Made by a program: the position numbers and the translations under genes
Part shown: positions 60,046-64,000 of the stretch, piece by piece
Position numbering within the stretch: the stretch's first letter is position 1
Layout: each line of letters begins with the position of its first letter
Notes under the pieces: model-generated
Told to the model about the DNA's origin: nothing
The model's database searches: none
The model's input: the letters and a program-made list of their open reading frames with translations, nothing else
Assembly (NCBI GenBank): GCA_965140445.1
Contig: OZ223236.1
Coordinates: forward strand, 2,528,001-2,592,000
Direction of reading: 5' to 3'
DNA: 64,000 nucleotides
Source of the DNA: Candidatus Ozemobacteraceae bacterium
GTDB taxonomy: Bacteria > Muiribacteriota > Ozemobacteria > Ozemobacterales > Ozemobacteraceae

Positions 60046-61371
60046 TTATTCTACTAAGAGTCCTGCAATGTTTGCTGTTAAGAAAGAGGCGAATGTTCCT
60101 GCCAGAAGAGCTCTTGCCCCAAGTTTTGCAAGATCATGACGTCTGTTTGGAGCAATAGCACCAATTCCACCAATCTGGATTCCAATTGAACCAAGGTTGG
60201 CGAAACCACAAAGGGCGTAGCTCAAGATAACTTTGGTTCTCTCAGTAAGGACCGCTACTTTTCCATTTATAAGTAGGTCGCCGTTGAGGTATTTTCCAAG
60301 GTCTGCGTATGCAACGAATTCATTCAGAATTGTCTTTTTACCAAGCAATTCGCCAGCAATCTGAAGATCTTGTGTTGGAACTCCAAGCATCCATGCAAAT
60401 GGTCTTGAAATATAGCCAAGAGCAGCTTCTAAAGTGTTGTAAGTGGTAAAGCCAAGTCCATTAGCAATCATGCTGTAGATGTGGTTGCCCATAGCGATCA
60501 GCGCCAGGAAGCCAATTAGCATTGCAGCAACATTGATAGCGAGGGACATTCCTTCTGAACAACCTCTTGCGGCGGCATCGATAACATTCTGGTCAACAGA
60601 TTCAAGTTTCAACTCGCAAGACTTTGCTGTCTCTGCTACTTCTGTTTCGGGGACAAGAATTTTGGCAAAAACCAGGGCTGCAGGAGCAGACATAACCGAT
60701 GCGGCAATCAGATGGCCCGCAATCGAAGGGAAATGCGCTGAAAGCATACTTACATAACCGGCCATTACTCCACCTGCGATAGTTGCCATTCCACCTGACA
60801 TGATGCATGCCAGTTCGGATTGGGTCATTTTATCTACATAAGGCTTGATAACCAGTGGGGCCTCTGTCTGGCCTACAAAAATGTTTGCAGCTGCACTAAG
60901 GGATTCTGCTCCGGATGTTTTCATGGTTTTCTGCATAAGAAGTGCAACCCAATAAACCAGTTTCTGCATAATGCCTATGTGGTAAAGAATTGCCATAAAG
61001 GCAGAGAAGAAAATAATTGTTGGTAATACTTTAAAACCGAAGAAAGCTCCTGTATGAGCTACAAATGATAAGCCTGAAAGGCTTTCGGGAACAGTGCCAT
61101 TAATGGTTACTGGAACAGTGTGATTAATCAAACCACCAAAAACAAAACCAGCACCTTGGTCTGAGAAGTTCAACATCGTTGTGACAGCTGTGTTTAAGAA
61201 TTTAAACAGATCTTTGCCTGCATCTGTTTTAAGGATAAGGAATGCAAAAACAAGTTGAAGCCCTATTCCCCATGCGACAAGTCGCCAATCAATTTTTTTT
61301 CGATTTGTTGAAAATGCATAACAAATGCCGATCTGTATTGGAATCCCAATTAAACTAATAAATTTTTCCAT
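60046..61371 (-). CDS. nupC: NupC/CNT-family nucleoside transporter
   Basis: NIFVGQTEAP, NEFVAY and CGFANLGSIGI. Confidence 0.93.
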   Translation of the reverse strand: MEKFISLIGIPIQIGICYAFSTNRKKIDWRLVAWGIGLQLVFAFLILKTDAGKDLFKFLNTAVTTMLNFSDQGAGFVFGGLINHTVPVTINGTVPESLSGLSFVAHTGAFFGFKVLPTIIFFSAFMAILYHIGIMQKLVYWVALLMQKTMKTSGAESLSAAANIFVGQTEAPLVIKPYVDKMTQSELACIMSGGMATIAGGVMAGYVSMLSAHFPSIAGHLIAASVMSAPAALVFAKILVPETEVAETAKSCELKLESVDQNVIDAAARGCSEGMSLAINVAAMLIGFLALIAMGNHIYSMIANGLGFTTYNTLEAALGYISRPFAWMLGVPTQDLQIAGELLGKKTILNEFVAYADLGKYLNGDLLINGKVAVLTERTKVILSYALCGFANLGSIGIQIGGIGAIAPNRRHDLAKLGARALLAGTFASFLTANIAGLLVE

Positions 61372-61505
61372 TCCCTGTGTACTCCTCTATAATCTATTGG
61401 ACGCAATAATACCATATTTGGGCGAAAAAATCAGAAATTCTTGCCAAACAAAAAAGTAATGCGTTAAAGATTAGTTTTAACAGGGTTAAGATTTGATATT
61501 AATGG

Positions 61506-64000
61506 TTAAGCAGATGGTTGTTCCTTAATCATATGAATATCTCTTTGCGGGAATGGAATTGAGATTCCGTTTTTACGGAAAGCCTTGGTAATAGCAAGGT
61601 TGATTTCATTTTGAAAATCCGGAAAGTTTTCGGGGCTGGGAATATAAACTCTTAATTCAAAATTGAGTGAGCTGTCGCCAAAACTTGTTAAAATTGCTTT
61701 TGGCGCTGGAGATTTTTGCACATGAGAATTTGAGTTTGCAACTTCCAGAAGAACTTTTTGAACTTTTTCTATGTCGCTATTGTAAGCAACTCCAACGGGA
61801 AAATCTAATCTAAACATCCTCTCAGAGAGTGTCCAGTTTATAATCTTGCCAGTAATAAATTCTTTATTTGGGATAACCAGTTCTCTTCTGTCTAAAGTTA
61901 AAATTGTTGTGGCTCTAATGCGAATTTCACTAACATAACCGGAATGATCACCTACAACGATGTAATCTCCTACTCTTAGGGGTCTTTCAAAAAGAATAAT
62001 AAGGCCAGATATAAAATTGGCGAAAATTTCCTGTAGGCCAAAACCGAGTCCCACACTGATACCAGTAACAAGCCACTGAACTTTTTCCCAGCTGATTCCA
62101 ATCAGTTGGCATGCCCATACTGTACCCACAATGGTGACAAGATATTTGGATAAAGTTGTTACCGCGAATCTCACACCATTGTCTATTGGGAGTCTTTGCA
62201 GAATTGCGAATTCAAGAAACCCTTGAAGGTTACGAGTTCCAAGGAAGGTCAATACCAATACTGTTAGCGACATAATAAGGTCGATCAAGGATATTGTGAC
62301 TACTTTTTCGACAATTTGTTTGGAAATAGACCCGTCAGGGCCAGTTACAAGTTCTTCAACTCTTACATCAGTGGACCACAATGAAATTTGATCAAATATT
62401 TTTACTGCTGGAATTATGTCTTTCCAGATATTCCATAAATAAATGCTCATCCCTATTAACAAAAGACTGGTTATAATATTATTGGCCTGTTTGCTTAATG
62501 AATAAATGCTTATTCCGTCATTTGGCTGGGTCAGGAGATTAATGGGACTTTCTACCGAAGAAGGGTCTTCACTGGAGGCTAATTTTTCCTGATATTTTAA
62601 CACTGCAAGATTTCTGCGTTGGACCTGGAGTAGTCTTGAGATTAGCCCATAAATGAATACTGCTGCAGTTGCTATTACGAGCGATTTTATTCCACGAACA
62701 TAAAGCTGTTGCGCTGTAAAAACGTATCCAATGCTGGCAAAGAGTCCCATGGAAAAAGGAAAGATAACTGAAAGAAAATATAAAAAATATCGTATTTTGC
62801 ATATCAATTTGTCTTTAAAATACTTCTCTAGCTCGCAATAGACTTTGCCAGTTGGGGAGGTAATAGAATGAAAGATGAATGCTGTTGTCAGTACTAATGC
62901 AAGGAATATGAATTTTCCAAGAGTTTCATTGATTGAAGTGTGCTGACTGGAAGCTGCAATTGAATTAAAGAAATACAAAGGAACCGGGATCAAAAACAAT
63001 AATAATAACTGCCTTCTTAAGAGCTCATACACATTCTCTAAATGCCAGCGAAAGTGCATGTTGGCAAGCCCTTTTTCTCTAAAACAGCCTCTTAGATAAA
63101 ACAACAGCCATGAAATTGGGAGAATATTTAGAAATGCGTCGCCCACTCGTTTGCTGGAGATCGAAACAGTGTTTTCGTCGGCTAATAAAGAGCCTAAAAG
63201 CCAAATACAAATTGGAGTAAAGGAAGTGATAAAAAAGGTAAGTAAAATTGATTGTATTGTTATCCAAAAGTTATCTTTTCCGGCCTTGTTTATAGATTCT
63301 GAAGCTTCTCTATTCAAAATAATCGCGCGTGGTCTTAGCCCAAGAATTGTTATTAAAAGAAGTATCGAGAAAATAGAATGCCATATGTTTGAGAAAAGTG
63401 ATTTAATAAAATCTGCAGCAACGTTATACCAAAAAGAAAAGGCCAGGAGATTTTTCAGGCCATGAAATGCATTTGAAAAATCTTCAAACTTGATTGGTGA
63501 AGAGCTTGGAATCCAGAAAACATTTTCATTTATAAAGGTTTCAAACTGACGAATTGTGTCTAGCAGGCGGGCTTCCATCGCATCTAAATCTACTAGTTTT
63601 CCCAGTAAAACCCTATATTCCTTTATAAGATCATCAATGGTTCCTCTTCTGGACTTTAGGATTTCTCTTACTGGAATATCAATTACTTCGGTAGCCACCT
63701 GATTTGCTTTTGCAATAAGATCAATGGTGTCCTTCTGGAATCTTTTTAAATCAACCATTTTACTGGCTTTGTCTTCAAAACTGAGTAATTTTCCCTGGGT
63801 TTTAGATATATAATCCTGTCTTTTGGCTATTTTTTCACGAAATAGTGCGGCATCCGGAAGTTCTCCACGCTTGATTCTAAATAGCAAACCCATTGAATCT
63901 GAAAAACCCATGGCGCGAACTTTTTCTTTAAGTGCTCTTTGGTCTGCTAACAGCCTGTCCAGAATTTTTTTGCCGGTTTCAAAATCTTTTGCAGCCGTAT
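61506..64000 (-). CDS. Large mechanosensitive channel, MscS/MscK family; 5' end beyond the window
   Basis: GLGFGLQEIFANFISGLIILFERP and IPFPQRDIH; frame stays open from 63911 to the window edge. Confidence 0.92.
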   Translation of the reverse strand, partial: TAAKDFETGKKILDRLLADQRALKEKVRAMGFSDSMGLLFRIKRGELPDAALFREKIAKRQDYISKTQGKLLSFEDKASKMVDLKRFQKDTIDLIAKANQVATEVIDIPVREILKSRRGTIDDLIKEYRVLLGKLVDLDAMEARLLDTIRQFETFINENVFWIPSSSPIKFEDFSNAFHGLKNLLAFSFWYNVAADFIKSLFSNIWHSIFSILLLITILGLRPRAIILNREASESINKAGKDNFWITIQSILLTFFITSFTPICIWLLGSLLADENTVSISSKRVGDAFLNILPISWLLFYLRGCFREKGLANMHFRWHLENVYELLRRQLLLLFLIPVPLYFFNSIAASSQHTSINETLGKFIFLALVLTTAFIFHSITSPTGKVYCELEKYFKDKLICKIRYFLYFLSVIFPFSMGLFASIGYVFTAQQLYVRGIKSLVIATAAVFIYGLISRLLQVQRRNLAVLKYQEKLASSEDPSSVESPINLLTQPNDGISIYSLSKQANNIITSLLLIGMSIYLWNIWKDIIPAVKIFDQISLWSTDVRVEELVTGPDGSISKQIVEKVVTISLIDLIMSLTVLVLTFLGTRNLQGFLEFAILQRLPIDNGVRFAVTTLSKYLVTIVGTVWACQLIGISWEKVQWLVTGISVGLGFGLQEIFANFISGLIILFERPLRVGDYIVVGDHSGYVSEIRIRATTILTLDRRELVIPNKEFITGKIINWTLSERMFRLDFPVGVAYNSDIEKVQKVLLEVANSNSHVQKSPAPKAILTSFGDSSLNFELRVYIPSPENFPDFQNEINLAITKAFRKNGISIPFPQRDIHMIKEQPSA

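Overview
Bacterial chromosomal window, AT-rich. The style of the hypothetical proteins is reminiscent of Candidatus Riflebacteria, but this is unverified. Housekeeping and accessory host genes occupy about 1-21.5 kb (polysaccharide deacetylase, CbiX, PfkB, prepilin-like cluster, dnaG-rpoD, 3 tRNAs, M4-type protease, clpX, pckA) and about 49.7-64 kb (udk, transketolase, STAS/GGDEF/PP2C signalling, ychF, NupC, MscS/MscK). Between them a 28,132-bp prophage with a large serine integrase has split radC at a GTGGTA core (21544-21549 / 49676-49681); rejoining the halves restores an in-frame 226-aa RadC. The prophage has lambda-like terminase and portal, a protease-capsid fusion, and tail and lysis genes, but no recognisable replication protein or CI repressor. 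Its non-coding control region instead contains a bacterial chromosome-origin-type module at 24167-24252: three DnaA-trios, a GC spacer, two overlapping DnaA boxes and two further perfect DnaA boxes. This is surrounded by repeated extended -10 promoters and degenerate palindromes. The best candidate for a new system is a Rep-less temperate phage that mimics oriC to be replicated by host DnaA. That function is inferred, not demonstrated.
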